DNA of 33,456 nt from Oceanisphaera sp. (GCA_041586855.1 JBFGZI010000001.1:1-33456), one strand, 5' to 3'; counted from the stretch's first letter, positions 20,936-31,612 are shown. The notes: generated by a model from the letters alone, not told the origin. Made by a program: numbers and translations.

Positions 20936-21436
20936 TTACATCCGTTCGACCCGGCTCCAGGGATCGGGCTTGATGCTGAAATGGCCGTGTTGCCAGCGGC
21001 TGGCGAGGCGGCGGAAGTCGTCGCCTTTCATGTGAATCAAATCTCTGTGGTCACCACTTTCCATATAGACGTCGGCCAGGCCGAGCACTTCATCGTCCAC
21101 CAGGGTGTCCAGCGCATAGGCTTCACCCAGGGCGGGAATGGCACCGGGATCGCAGTCATCGAACCATTTACCGAGGGTGTGCTCCGGTGTCAGCTGCACT
21201 TCGCTGTGTGTCAGGTAATTCAGGCGTTTCAGGTCGACTTTGTCGGCGGCAGGAAGCACCGCCATGATGGACGTACCGTCATCCCGCTCCAGAATGACCG
21301 CCTTGGCCATTTGCGCGAGCGGAACGTGGCTGGCGATGGCGCTTTGGCTTGCGCCTTCAGAATAGGCGTGGTGCACTTTTTCATAAGGGATATGGTGTTT
21401 ATCCAGATACTGTTTCAGTCTTGTTGACATACCCAT
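20936..21436 (-). CDS. YbaK/aminoacyl-tRNA deacylase (INS superfamily) protein
   Basis: Conserved Lys in MAKAVIL, DCDPGAIPALG (GxxxP-like loop), VYMESGDH; GGAGG RBS. Confidence 0.8.
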   Translation of the reverse strand: MGMSTRLKQYLDKHHIPYEKVHHAYSEGASQSAIASHVPLAQMAKAVILERDDGTSIMAVLPAADKVDLKRLNYLTHSEVQLTPEHTLGKWFDDCDPGAIPALGEAYALDTLVDDEVLGLADVYMESGDHRDLIHMKGDDFRRLASRWQHGHFSIKPDPWSRVERM

Positions 21437-21545
21437 AGCTACCTCCCGAAGGCAAGGCCATCTCGACCGCCTTCTCTAGCTGCCTTTATAGTATAGCTCG
21501 GTCACTAAAATCTGATTTTGAAATGCCTCATACACCTCATGCCCC

Positions 21546-22895
21546 TCAATCATGCTCGCAGTTGGTGTTCAGTACCTGGCTGATGATTTCCCCCCTGGCC
21601 AGACGGGTGCGTATCTCGTCTCCCGGTTTCAGCTGGCCGGCATCGGTGATCACCCGTGCGTCCCGCTGGGTGATGCTGTAGCCACGGGCGAGCGTGGCCA
21701 GCGGACTGATGGCGTTGAGTCGGGAGCCGGCCAGGGCCAGCCGGTGCGCGCAGTGATCGAGGCGGGCTTTCAACTGGCTGTTCAGGCGCAACTGAAGGCT
21801 GCTGAGCAGCACCTGACGGCTCTGCAGCCGTTGGGCAGGATGCTGGTGCTGCAAACGCAGCTGGCCATTGCTCAGCCGCTGTTGAGCCTGATCCAGTCGT
21901 TGTCGCAGGGCGCGTTGCAGCCGGGCCTGCAGTTGGTCCAGCCGCTGGGCCTGCTGTTGCAGCTGTTGCCGTGGATCTTGTAATTGCAGGCGAGCATTCA
22001 AGCGGGTTAGCCGGTTACTGCTTTGCAACAGATTGCGACGCTGTGCCTGTTGCAAGCGTTGTTGCCACTGCTGGTATTGTTGCTGCTGGGCGTTGCCGTC
22101 CCGGCTGATCAGCTCGGCGGCGGCCGAGGGAGTAGGGGCACGCAAGTCCGCCACCAGGTCGCTCAGGGTGATATCCACTTCGTGTCCCACGGCGCTGACT
22201 ACCGGCAGACGAGATGCGGCGATGGCGCGTATCAGCCGTTCGTCGTTGAAGCACCAGAGATCTTCCAGCGAGCCGCCGCCGCGGGCCAGGATCAAGACGT
22301 CGGTTTCGGCCCGGCGGTTGGCGGTGGCCAGGGCGGACACCAGCTGCATGGCGGCGGGCTCGCCCTGTACCTGGCTGGGATAGAGAATAACCTGTAAATG
22401 AGGAGCCCGACGGGCCAGCACGGTCAGAATATCGTGCAATGCCGCGCCGGTGGGAGAGCTGATGATGCCGATGCGGGTCGGATGCTCGGGCAGCGGGCGT
22501 TTGCTGTCCTGGTCGAACAGCCCTTCATCCCCCAGGCTGCGCTTCAGGGCCTCGAATTGCTGTTTGAGCAGGCCTTCACCGGCGGGGGCCATGGTTTGCG
22601 CCACCAGCTGGTAATCGCCTCTCGGCTCATAAAGTGTCACTTTGCCGAAGATAAGCACCTGATCGCCGTTTTTAGGCCGAAAGGAAACGCTGCGGTTGTT
22701 GCCGCGAAACATGGCACAGCGCAGCTGGGACTGATTGTCCTTCAGCGAAAAATACCAGTGGCCCGAACCGGGGGTGGCGAGGTTGGATATTTCCCCGCTC
22801 AGGGTGACCGCGCCCATCTCGCCTTCCAGCAGCATCCGAGCATGCCGATTAAGACGGGTGACCGTATAAACCTCTGTTAATTTATCCTGATGCAA
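21546..22895 (-). CDS. xseA: Exodeoxyribonuclease VII large subunit
   Basis: [40 protein letters not shown]; divergent from guaB; TTG start uncertain. Confidence 0.96.
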   Translation of the reverse strand: MHQDKLTEVYTVTRLNRHARMLLEGEMGAVTLSGEISNLATPGSGHWYFSLKDNQSQLRCAMFRGNNRSVSFRPKNGDQVLIFGKVTLYEPRGDYQLVAQTMAPAGEGLLKQQFEALKRSLGDEGLFDQDSKRPLPEHPTRIGIISSPTGAALHDILTVLARRAPHLQVILYPSQVQGEPAAMQLVSALATANRRAETDVLILARGGGSLEDLWCFNDERLIRAIAASRLPVVSAVGHEVDITLSDLVADLRAPTPSAAAELISRDGNAQQQQYQQWQQRLQQAQRRNLLQSSNRLTRLNARLQLQDPRQQLQQQAQRLDQLQARLQRALRQRLDQAQQRLSNGQLRLQHQHPAQRLQSRQVLLSSLQLRLNSQLKARLDHCAHRLALAGSRLNAISPLATLARGYSITQRDARVITDAGQLKPGDEIRTRLARGEIISQVLNTNCEHD

Positions 22896-22982
22896 AATGG
22901 CCCCTGATGAGTATCTTTATATTAAAATTAAGCCGGTTTTCCGGCTATTTTGCGCTTAATTTGCCAAAATCACAAAAATCGC

Positions 22983-23011
22983 TTTACCGAAGGGGGTCGG
23001 ATGCCTAAAAT
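22983..23011 (+). promoter_or_regulatory. Putative guaB sigma70 promoter
   Basis: TTTACC, 17-nt spacer, TAAAAT, with an AT-rich upstream tract. Confidence 0.6.
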
Positions 23012-23053
23012 TCTTCGGCAATATTTTATCCCCAACTGATGGTGAATATTGCG

Positions 23054-24517
23054 ATGCTTAGGATTGCCCAAGACGCCCTGACCTTTGATGATGTACTGCT
23101 GGTCCCAGCTCATTCCACAGTATTGCCCAACACCGCGGATCTTCGTACCCGCCTGACGAAAGACATCCATCTTAACATTCCCATTGTTTCCGCCGCCATG
23201 GACACCGTGACTGAAGCCGATCTCGCGATTGCGCTGGCCCAGGAAGGGGGAATCGGTTTTATTCACAAAAACATGTCGATTGAAGCCCAGGCAGCTCAGG
23301 TTCGCAAGGTCAAGAAATTCGAAAGCGGTGTGGTATCCGACCCGGTCACGGTACGCCCCGACATGACCATTGGCGAGGTGCGTGAACAGACCCTGATTAA
23401 TGGTTTTGCCGGTTATCCTGTGGTCAGTGCAGAAGGGGAACTGGTGGGTATCATCACCGGCCGCGATGTACGCTTCGTACAGGACATGAGCAAGCGGGTT
23501 CACGAGGTGATGACCGAAAAATCCCGTCTGGTCACCGTCAAGGCCGGCGCGTCCCGCGATCAGGTTGAAGCCCTGATGCAGCAGCATCGAATCGAAAAAG
23601 TGCTGATGGTCGGTGCCAAAGGCCAGCTGACCGGCATGATCAGTGCCAAAGACTTCCAGAAAGCCGAAAGCAAGCCCAACGCCTGTAAAGACGAGCGGGG
23701 CCGTCTGCGTGTAGGCGCTGCCGTTGGTGCCGCACCCGGCAACGAAGAGCGCATTCAGGCGCTGGTTGATGCGGGCCTCGACGTACTGCTGATCGACTCC
23801 TCACACGGTCATTCCGAAGGCGTGCTGCAACGTATTCGTGAAACCCGCAAGACCTTTCCGAACCTGCCGATTATCGGCGGTAACGTGGCCACCGCGGCCG
23901 GTGCTCTGGCTCTGGCCGAAGCGGGTGCGAGTGCGGTCAAGGTCGGTATCGGCCCGGGCTCCATCTGTACCACCCGTATCGTGACCGGTTGCGGTGTGCC
24001 TCAGATCACCGCCGTGGCCAATGCGGTTGAAGCGCTCAAGGCGCTGGATATTCCTGTCATCGCCGATGGTGGTATCCGCTTCTCCGGCGACATCGCCAAG
24101 GCACTGGCCGCCGGTGCCAACTGCGTGATGATGGGCTCCATGTTTGCCGGTACCGAAGAGTCTCCCGGTGAAATCGAGCTGTATCAGGGCCGTTCCTTCA
24201 AGTCTTACCGCGGCATGGGCTCCCTGGGCGCCATGAGCAAGGGCTCAAGCGACCGTTACTTCCAGGCCGACAACGCCGCCGACAAGCTGGTACCCGAAGG
24301 CATCGAAGGCCGGGTACCCTACAAGGGCATGCTCAAGGCGATTATCCATCAGCAGATGGGCGGTCTGCGCAGTGCCATGGGCCTGACCGGCAGTGCCACC
24401 ATTGATGACCTGCGCACCAAGGCGGAATTTGTTAAGATATCCGGCGCGGGCATCCAGGAATCACACGTGCACGACGTGACCATTACCAAGGAAGCACCCA
24501 ACTACCGGTTGGGTTGA
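23054..24517 (+). CDS. guaB: IMP dehydrogenase
   Basis: Start reassigned to [13 protein letters not shown]; catalytic [11 protein letters not shown]; CBS pair. Confidence 0.98.
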   Translation: MLRIAQDALTFDDVLLVPAHSTVLPNTADLRTRLTKDIHLNIPIVSAAMDTVTEADLAIALAQEGGIGFIHKNMSIEAQAAQVRKVKKFESGVVSDPVTVRPDMTIGEVREQTLINGFAGYPVVSAEGELVGIITGRDVRFVQDMSKRVHEVMTEKSRLVTVKAGASRDQVEALMQQHRIEKVLMVGAKGQLTGMISAKDFQKAESKPNACKDERGRLRVGAAVGAAPGNEERIQALVDAGLDVLLIDSSHGHSEGVLQRIRETRKTFPNLPIIGGNVATAAGALALAEAGASAVKVGIGPGSICTTRIVTGCGVPQITAVANAVEALKALDIPVIADGGIRFSGDIAKALAAGANCVMMGSMFAGTEESPGEIELYQGRSFKSYRGMGSLGAMSKGSSDRYFQADNAADKLVPEGIEGRVPYKGMLKAIIHQQMGGLRSAMGLTGSATIDDLRTKAEFVKISGAGIQESHVHDVTITKEAPNYRLG

Positions 24518-24611
24518 TCCCGAAACACAGTAGACGGGGGGGCTGGTTCCCCCCGTTTTTCTATTGCCGTCTGCCCCCCCACAGGCGGTTTTTGTAACGA
24601 GTAGGAAGACG

Positions 24612-26189
24612 ATGACCAAAAATATTCATGATAACCGGATCCTGATCCTGGATTTCGGCTCTCAGTACACTCAGCTGATTGCCCGCCGGGTTCGGGAGCT
24701 GGGCGTGTATTGCGAGCTGTGGGCCTGGGATGTGACCGAAGCCCAGATCCGTGACTTCAATCCGAATGGCATTATCTTGTCCGGGGGACCTGAGTCGGTC
24801 ACCGAAGCAGGCAGCCCGCGCGCACCGGAATACGTGTTTAACGCCGGCGTGCCGGTGTTTGGCATCTGTTACGGCATGCAGACCATGGCCGAGCAGCTGG
24901 GTGGCGCCGTGTCCGGCTCCAACGAGCGTGAATTCGGTTATGCCCAGGTACAACGGGTGGCCGACTGCGCCCTGTTCGCCAACATCGAAGACGCCATCGA
25001 CGCCGATGGCAACTCTTTGCTGGACGTGTGGATGAGTCACGGCGACAAGGTCGTGGCCCTGCCCGAGGGTTTCCACAAGGTTGCCCAGACCGGTAGCTGC
25101 CCCTTTGCTGCCATGGCGGACGAGACCCGTCATTTCTACGGCGTTCAGTTCCACCCGGAAGTGACCCATACCCGCCAGGGTGCGCGTATGCTGGAGCACT
25201 TCATTCGCACCATCTGCGGCTGTGAAGCACTGTGGACCCCGGCGACCATTATCGATGATGCGATTGCCCGTATCCGCGAGCAGGTAGGTAGCGACAAGGT
25301 GCTGTTGGGCCTGTCCGGTGGTGTAGACTCTTCCGTGACCGCCATGCTGCTGCACCGCGCCATTGGCTCGCAGCTGACTTGTGTGTTCGTGGACAACGGC
25401 CTGCTGCGTCTGAACGAAGCCGAGCAGGTGATGGACATGTTTGGCGACCACTTCGGCCTGAACATAGTGCACGTCAATGCCGAGCACCGTTTTCTGGCCG
25501 CCATGGCCGGCGAAAATGATCCGGAAGCCAAGCGCAAGATCATCGGTCGCGTCTTCATCGAAGTGTTCGATGAAGAAGCGGGCAAGATCAAGGACGTTAA
25601 ATGGCTGGCTCAGGGCACCATTTATCCGGACGTGATCGAGTCTGCCGGCTCCGCTACCGGCAAGGCCCATGTGATCAAGTCGCACCACAACGTGGGTGGT
25701 CTGCCGGATGACATGGAGATGAAGCTGGTCGAGCCGCTGAAAGAGCTGTTCAAGGACGAAGTGCGCCGGGTAGGTCTGGAGCTGGGTCTGCCTTACGACA
25801 TGCTCTATCGTCATCCGTTCCCGGGGCCGGGTCTGGGTGTGCGCGTGCTGGGCGAAGTGAAGAAGGAATATTGCGACCTGCTGCGCCGGGCCGACGCCAT
25901 CTTCATTGAAGAGCTGCACAAGCACGATCTGTACAACAAGGTCAGCCAGGCCTTCACCGTGTTCCTGCCGGTACGCTCCGTGGGTGTAATGGGCGATGCC
26001 CGTAAATACGACTGGGTTGTCTCGCTGCGTGCGGTAGAAACAGTCGACTTCATGACCGCGCATTGGGCGCACCTGCCTTATGACTTCCTGGGTCATGTCT
26101 CCAACCGCATCATCAACGAGATCGATGGTATTTCTCGCGTGGTTTACGATATTTCAGGTAAGCCACCAGCCACCATTGAGTGGGAATAA
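24612..26189 (+). CDS. guaA: GMP synthase (glutamine-hydrolysing)
   Basis: Start MTKNIHD (525 aa); [27 protein letters not shown]. Confidence 0.98.
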   Translation: MTKNIHDNRILILDFGSQYTQLIARRVRELGVYCELWAWDVTEAQIRDFNPNGIILSGGPESVTEAGSPRAPEYVFNAGVPVFGICYGMQTMAEQLGGAVSGSNEREFGYAQVQRVADCALFANIEDAIDADGNSLLDVWMSHGDKVVALPEGFHKVAQTGSCPFAAMADETRHFYGVQFHPEVTHTRQGARMLEHFIRTICGCEALWTPATIIDDAIARIREQVGSDKVLLGLSGGVDSSVTAMLLHRAIGSQLTCVFVDNGLLRLNEAEQVMDMFGDHFGLNIVHVNAEHRFLAAMAGENDPEAKRKIIGRVFIEVFDEEAGKIKDVKWLAQGTIYPDVIESAGSATGKAHVIKSHHNVGGLPDDMEMKLVEPLKELFKDEVRRVGLELGLPYDMLYRHPFPGPGLGVRVLGEVKKEYCDLLRRADAIFIEELHKHDLYNKVSQAFTVFLPVRSVGVMGDARKYDWVVSLRAVETVDFMTAHWAHLPYDFLGHVSNRIINEIDGISRVVYDISGKPPATIEWE

Positions 26190-26223
26190 TCAGTCTGCCT
26201 AACTAGGCATACCGCATGATATG

Positions 26224-26247
26224 AAAGGGCCGCTTAGCGGCCCTTTT
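26224..26247 (+). terminator. Intrinsic terminator after guaA
   Basis: AAAGGGCCGC-TTA-GCGGCCCTTTT. Confidence 0.8.
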
Positions 26248-26368
26248 CTATTTTAAGGGAGAAAGACCAAAGGCTTTTTCGCCACCTAACCCACGGAAAA
26301 ACGAACACTAATACCAGACATATGGGATAGCGGGCAGGGTGAATGTTTTGATTGGGCTGCTTCTTGCT

Positions 26369-26398
26369 AAAAAGATAGTAATTAACTACTATCTTTTT
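26369..26398. promoter_or_regulatory. Palindromic operator, probably for the downstream TetR regulator
   Basis: AAAAAGATAGTA-ATTAAC-TACTATCTTTTT: 12-bp perfect arms (14 of 15 positions symmetric), 29 nt before the adaptor ATG. Confidence 0.75.
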
Positions 26399-26427
26399 GA
26401 TCGGTAGCGCTTACAAGAGAAAACGCC

Positions 26428-27795
26428 ATGGCTTTGCAAATGTTAAGAAACAGAAAACTGTTGGCTTTGCTCGGCCTGGCAGGCGGGGTTCTGCTGATTG
26501 TGCTGCTGCTTTTTTTGCGTGAGAGGCCGGCGCGCAGTGAAGTGAATGCGCCGCCGTTGCCTCTAACGGTCATTGAAGTACAGGCCATGCCGTTTGTGCT
26601 GACGGCGCGGGGCTTTGGCATTACTCGCCCGGTACATACCTGGCAGGCCGTGGCCAGCGTTCCCGGGCGCGTTGCTCACCGCCATCCGAAGCTCAACAGC
26701 GGCACCCTGCTGCCGGCAGGCACCTTACTGCTAACGCTGGATCCGGGGCGTTACCAGTTGGCGATTGCCGAGACCGAAGCCGAACTGGCCTCGCTGGCAG
26801 CCGAGCAGGCTCAGCTTGAAGCAGAAACACAAAGTACCCGTCACCTGTTACAGCTGGAAAATGAGCGGCTGCAGTTGTCGGAAGGCGAGCTCAGCCGCAT
26901 CCAGCGACTTTTGAAAACCGGCGCCGTATCGCGCTCGCGACTTGATGAGCAGCACCGTGCCACCCTGGCGCAGCGTCAGCTTGTGCAATCCTTGAATAAC
27001 CAGCTCTCGCTGTTGCCGTCGAAGCAGCAGTATCTTGCTGCACAAATGCAGCGTGCACGGACGCGCCTGAAACAAAGGCAGCAGGATCTTGAGGATACGC
27101 GCTTTGTGGCCCCTTATGATCTGCGCGTGCGCACGGTTGATGTGGAGCAGCACCAGTACGCAGCTCTCGGGCAGCCACTGTTTCTTGCCGACGGTATTGA
27201 ACAGGCAGAAGTGGAAGCGCAGGTGCCACTGGCCATGTTGCGCAGGCTGATGACAGCCGTGTCCAGAGCTGTCGATTCGCAGCCGGCTGCGCTGGATATC
27301 AGCGACCGGTTCGATTTTTCAGCCATCCGTAGCGAAGTGGAGCTGACCGGTTTTCCGGCCGAGCACTGGCCAGCAAGCGTCAGCAGGGTGGCCAGCGGAT
27401 TGGATCCCGGCACACGCAGTGGGCGGGTGGTTGTTACGGTAGACCAGCCATACAATCTTGCCAGTGTGCCTGAGCGCCCGGCGTTGCAGCGCGATATGCA
27501 CGTAAAGGTCCGGTTTTCAGCCGACAATCCCCACCCCTTGCTGGCGATACCGTCTTCGGCGCTGCATCAGGGTGAGGTTTATCTGTTGGGGGATAACAAT
27601 CTGCTACAGCGGCGCCCGGTTACGGTGGCTTTTGAGCAGAACGGCCTAGCGGTGATTAAAGAGGGATTGATGGCCGGCGAGCTGTTAATCACCGATGATC
27701 CTGTGCCTGCCATCGCAGGCATGAAAGTCACGCCACATCGTAACCTGGAGCTTGAGCAACACCTGCGACATAGTGCGCTGGGTGCGGCGCCATGA
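26428..27795 (+). CDS. RND efflux periplasmic adaptor (membrane fusion protein)
   Basis: N-terminal TM helix, lipoyl halves (VPGRV...GTLLLTLD; APYD), long coiled-coil hairpin; ATGA-coupled to the RND gene. Confidence 0.88.
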   Translation: MALQMLRNRKLLALLGLAGGVLLIVLLLFLRERPARSEVNAPPLPLTVIEVQAMPFVLTARGFGITRPVHTWQAVASVPGRVAHRHPKLNSGTLLPAGTLLLTLDPGRYQLAIAETEAELASLAAEQAQLEAETQSTRHLLQLENERLQLSEGELSRIQRLLKTGAVSRSRLDEQHRATLAQRQLVQSLNNQLSLLPSKQQYLAAQMQRARTRLKQRQQDLEDTRFVAPYDLRVRTVDVEQHQYAALGQPLFLADGIEQAEVEAQVPLAMLRRLMTAVSRAVDSQPAALDISDRFDFSAIRSEVELTGFPAEHWPASVSRVASGLDPGTRSGRVVVTVDQPYNLASVPERPALQRDMHVKVRFSADNPHPLLAIPSSALHQGEVYLLGDNNLLQRRPVTVAFEQNGLAVIKEGLMAGELLITDDPVPAIAGMKVTPHRNLELEQHLRHSALGAAP

Positions 27796-30700
27796 TCCGC
27801 TGGTTTGCAGGCCACCCCACGGCGGCCAATTTGCTGCTGATCCTGTTGTTGGCAGCGGGTTTATTTACGGCGCCCAATTTGAAGCGGGAAACCTTTCCTG
27901 ATTATCGCCCCGTTGAGGTCAGTATCGAGGTGGTTTATCGCGGCGCCAGTGCGGCCGACGTTGAAGACGCAGTTTGTCGGCGTTTGTACGATGCCGTTAA
28001 AGGCGTTGATTACCTCGACGAAATAAAGTGTGTGGCACAGGACAATCTGGCCCGTGCTACCGTTACCATGCAGGCGACCGGGGACTCCATTCGCTTTCTG
28101 AGTGATATCGACACCGAGGTCAATGCCCTTACCGACCTGCCGGCTCGGGCCGAAAGACCCGTGGTTCGGGAACTGCACCGCAGTGATCTGGTGGCGGCGG
28201 TGGCAGTGTATGGCGATATGGCACCGAACCGGCTTGAAGACTACGCGTTACAGCTGGAAGAGCGCATTATGGCGCTTCCCGGTGTTGCCCAGGTCACTCT
28301 GCAGGGGCTTTCCCAGCGCCAGTGGCAGGTCGAGGTATCGCGGTCCGTGCTGGCCCAGTATGACTTGTCCGCCAGCGAACTGGCCTTGCGGCTCAGGCAG
28401 CAGAGCATAGACGTACCCCTGGGTACTCTGGAGACGGCGGATCGGGACATTTTGCTGCGCTTTACCGACCAGCGACGCAGCCTGCGGCAGCTTGCGGATC
28501 TGGTGGTGGTGGCGGGCAGTGGCGGTGGCGAGCTTACCCTTGGCCAGATCGCCACGCTGCGGGAAACCGGCGAGCAAGCCCAGGCGCAGATCTACTTCAA
28601 CAACCAGCGGGCGGTGGTGCTGGAAGTCAGCAAGACACTTCGAGATGACTCCTTGAACGTGCTGGAGGAGCTGACCACATTAATAGACGCCGAGCGCCAG
28701 CGTATCGACGGGCCATTGCAACTGACCCTGACGCAGAATATGACCAACATAGTACGGGATCGGCTGGAAATGCTGGTCAGCAATGGTATTGCGGGGCTGG
28801 CGCTGTTGATCGTGGTCATGGGCCTGTTCTTCCGCCCACGCCTCGCGCTTTGGGCGGTGCTTGGCTTGCCCGTGGCGTTTGCGGGCGCGTTTTTTGTGAT
28901 GAGTCTGAGCGGCTTGTCGTTGAACATGATCACCCTGGTGGCGCTGTTGATGGCAATTGGTATCGTTATGGACGATGCCGTGGTAATAGCCGATAACATT
29001 GCGGTTCAGGCCCGCAAGGGCGCATCACCCCTGAACGCCGTGGTTGAGGGCACCCGGCAGGTGCTGCCGGGAGTGGTGTCCTCCTTCCTGACCACGGTAT
29101 GGGTGTTTGCGCCTCTGGCGTTTCTTGTCGGTGAATTGGGTGCCGTGCTTAAAGTGCTGCCGGTGGTGCTGATTGCCGCCTTGTTCGCGAGTCTGATAGA
29201 AGCACTGTGGATTTTGCCACATCACCTCAAGGGCAGTGTTGTATCCTTGCAGGCAGACAGCCAATCCCGTTTCCGCACCGCCTTCGACCGGCATTTTGGC
29301 GTGTTTCAGGAAAATATTGGCAGACTTGCAGACACGGCAGTGAGCTGGCGTTACGGCGTGCTGGGCGGGGTCTTGCTCATCTTGCTGGGCACGGCGGGTT
29401 TTATGGCGGGCGGCCATGTCAGCACAGAAGCCATGCCGGATCTCGATGGCGATACCCTGGAGGCCCGGCTGTTGTTTCCCCAGGGCACTCCGCTGGCGCG
29501 CACAGAGTTGGCTGCCACGCAGATTGCAGACGCCATGTGGCATTTGAACGAGGTGCTTTCGCCGGAACAGCCCGATGAGTCTCCCTTGGTCGATGCCATT
29601 CAGGTACGTTTCAATTACAACCCCAGCGCCCAGGAGGCGGGCACCCACGTTGCGACGGTCATGGTCGATTTATTGAGTGCCGAGCGACGGACCCTGACCC
29701 TGGATGAACTAACGGTTGCCTGGCGCAAACAGATTGGTGATATCCCCGGGCTTTCGAGCCTGATAATTCAGGAGCCGGGCTTCGGCCCCGCCGGCATCCC
29801 CATTGAAGTGCGACTGCAGGGGGCAGATCTCGAGGATCTCAAGGCGGCTGCGCTGGAGGTGAGTGATCATCTGACCGGTTATGAGGCAGTCTTCAACATC
29901 ATCGACGATCTGCGCCCCGGTAAACCACAGCGAACCTTTACCCTGAAGGAAGGCGCTCTGGCATCCGGATTAACCGCGGAAATGGTTGCCTCGCAGTTGC
30001 GTGCGGCCTTTCTTGGGGAAATTGTCGATACCCAGCGCATTGGCAGGCGAGATGTGGACGTTCTGGTGCGCCAGACCGCGCGCGACAGATCCAGCCTGGA
30101 CGATCTTGCCGACCAGACTATTTTGATGCCCGACGGGCGACAGATGCCGTTGGCCGTAGTCGTTGATAGTCACAACCAGCGCGATTGGGCCACAATCACT
30201 CGCGTGGGTGGCCAGCGTACCGTTACGGTGCAGGCCAATGTGGATGCGCGCAAAGCGAGTGCCCAGGCCGTTGTCAGCGACATGCGCAGCCAATGGTTGG
30301 TGGGGTTTGAGCAACGCCACCCGCATGTTGTGGTCAGTTTTGAAGGCCAGGTAGCCCGTTCCGCAGAAACCGGCGGCTCCATCGCGCGTGGATTGTTGAT
30401 TGGTTTGCTGGGTGTGTTTGTGATCCTGTCATTTCAGTTTCGCAGTTATGCAGAACCACTTATCGTTATGTTGGCCATCCCACTGGCCTTTGTGGGCGCG
30501 CTTTGGGGGCATGTGCTGCTGGGCTGGTATATATCGATGCCGTCAATGATTGGCGCGGCGTCTCTGGCTGGCATTGTGGTTAACGATTCCATCCTGCTGG
30601 TTCAGTTTATCAAGGAAAATCGCCGCAAGGGCATGAGTGCCATTGTCGCGGCAGGGCAGGCCAGCCGTGACCGGCTGCGCGCCATCCTCATTACCTCCAC

Positions 30701-30893
30701 CACCACCATCGCCGGTTTGTTGCCCTTGCTGGCAGAAACCAGCGTGCAGTCGGCGGCCATCAAGCCGCTGGTGATTTCCGTAGTCTTCGGCCTGCTGGCC
30801 ACGACAGTGCTGGTACTGGTGATGATTCCGGCTGTTTACGTGTTATTTGATGACTGGGGTTGGACTCGTGAAGAGTCTGAAGAGGCTGAATAG
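27792..30893 (+). CDS. AcrB/AcrD/AcrF-family RND transporter (1033 aa)
   Basis: TM4 GIVMDDAVV, TM10 GIVVNDSILL, TM11 RLRAILITSTTT; two large periplasmic loops. Confidence 0.92.
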   Translation: MIRWFAGHPTAANLLLILLLAAGLFTAPNLKRETFPDYRPVEVSIEVVYRGASAADVEDAVCRRLYDAVKGVDYLDEIKCVAQDNLARATVTMQATGDSIRFLSDIDTEVNALTDLPARAERPVVRELHRSDLVAAVAVYGDMAPNRLEDYALQLEERIMALPGVAQVTLQGLSQRQWQVEVSRSVLAQYDLSASELALRLRQQSIDVPLGTLETADRDILLRFTDQRRSLRQLADLVVVAGSGGGELTLGQIATLRETGEQAQAQIYFNNQRAVVLEVSKTLRDDSLNVLEELTTLIDAERQRIDGPLQLTLTQNMTNIVRDRLEMLVSNGIAGLALLIVVMGLFFRPRLALWAVLGLPVAFAGAFFVMSLSGLSLNMITLVALLMAIGIVMDDAVVIADNIAVQARKGASPLNAVVEGTRQVLPGVVSSFLTTVWVFAPLAFLVGELGAVLKVLPVVLIAALFASLIEALWILPHHLKGSVVSLQADSQSRFRTAFDRHFGVFQENIGRLADTAVSWRYGVLGGVLLILLGTAGFMAGGHVSTEAMPDLDGDTLEARLLFPQGTPLARTELAATQIADAMWHLNEVLSPEQPDESPLVDAIQVRFNYNPSAQEAGTHVATVMVDLLSAERRTLTLDELTVAWRKQIGDIPGLSSLIIQEPGFGPAGIPIEVRLQGADLEDLKAAALEVSDHLTGYEAVFNIIDDLRPGKPQRTFTLKEGALASGLTAEMVASQLRAAFLGEIVDTQRIGRRDVDVLVRQTARDRSSLDDLADQTILMPDGRQMPLAVVVDSHNQRDWATITRVGGQRTVTVQANVDARKASAQAVVSDMRSQWLVGFEQRHPHVVVSFEGQVARSAETGGSIARGLLIGLLGVFVILSFQFRSYAEPLIVMLAIPLAFVGALWGHVLLGWYISMPSMIGAASLAGIVVNDSILLVQFIKENRRKGMSAIVAAGQASRDRLRAILITSTTTIAGLLPLLAETSVQSAAIKPLVISVVFGLLATTVLVLVMIPAVYVLFDDWGWTREESEEAE

Positions 30894-30918
30894 ACTTTAA
30901 TGTTGATGAGTGAGCGTA

Positions 30919-31548
30919 ATGGATAAAACCAGACAAAAAAATTTGCCGGCCGAGGAGCGTCGCCACGTCACCGTCGAGGCGGTCATTGATCTTGCCGCAA
31001 CCACAAATCCGGGGGACATAACCACAGCGGCCATCGCCAAACATATGAAGTTGACCCAGGGCGCGCTGTTCCGGCATTTCCCGAATAAAGAAGCGATATG
31101 GCAGGCGGTGATGAGCTGGGTTGCCGAGCGCCTGATGTCGCGGATCGAGAAAGCTGCGCAAGGTATTGAGTCGCCTCTTGAGGCAATGCAGGCCATGTTT
31201 CTGGCTCATATCGCCTTTGTCTCCGAGTATCCCGGGGCACCGCGCATGTTGTTCGGTGAGCTTCAGGGAGCCAAACCGACGCCGGCAAAGCGCTTGGCGC
31301 ATGAGTTGTTAAAACAATACGCGGAGCGACTGCATGCCCTGATCGAAACGTCGAAATTGCGAGGAGAGCTGCCCTCGGCTTTAGATAACCATGCTGCCGC
31401 CGTACTGTTTATCGGCACCATTCAGGGTTTGATCATGCAATCGCTGATTTCGGGCGATATGGAACAGATGCGCCGCGACGCGCCGGGTGTGTTTGCCATT
31501 TATCGTCGTGGAATTGCATCGGCGGAACCGGAAGAGCGAGATGGGTAA
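30919..31548 (+). CDS. TetR/AcrR-family transcriptional regulator
   Basis: HTH TTAAIAKHMKLTQGALFRHFPNKEAI; start either GTG 30910 or ATG 30919. Confidence 0.92.
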   Translation: MDKTRQKNLPAEERRHVTVEAVIDLAATTNPGDITTAAIAKHMKLTQGALFRHFPNKEAIWQAVMSWVAERLMSRIEKAAQGIESPLEAMQAMFLAHIAFVSEYPGAPRMLFGELQGAKPTPAKRLAHELLKQYAERLHALIETSKLRGELPSALDNHAAAVLFIGTIQGLIMQSLISGDMEQMRRDAPGVFAIYRRGIASAEPEERDG

Positions 31549-31612
31549 ACATGTCGTGCAAAATTTCCTTCTGGGTCCTGTTTACGCCGGCAGCCAAAAG
31601 GTGGACGTCGAT

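Noticed and set aside
22970-22990. PurR box upstream of guaB
   Set aside because: AAAAATCGCTTTACC is too far from the GNAAACGTTTNC consensus to support.
8184-26096. Long antisense ORFs (8184-9245, 12197-13753, 14563-16599, 17521-18810, 19953-20927, 24561-26096)
   Set aside because: Shadow frames opposite codon-biased housekeeping genes, with no recognisable motifs.
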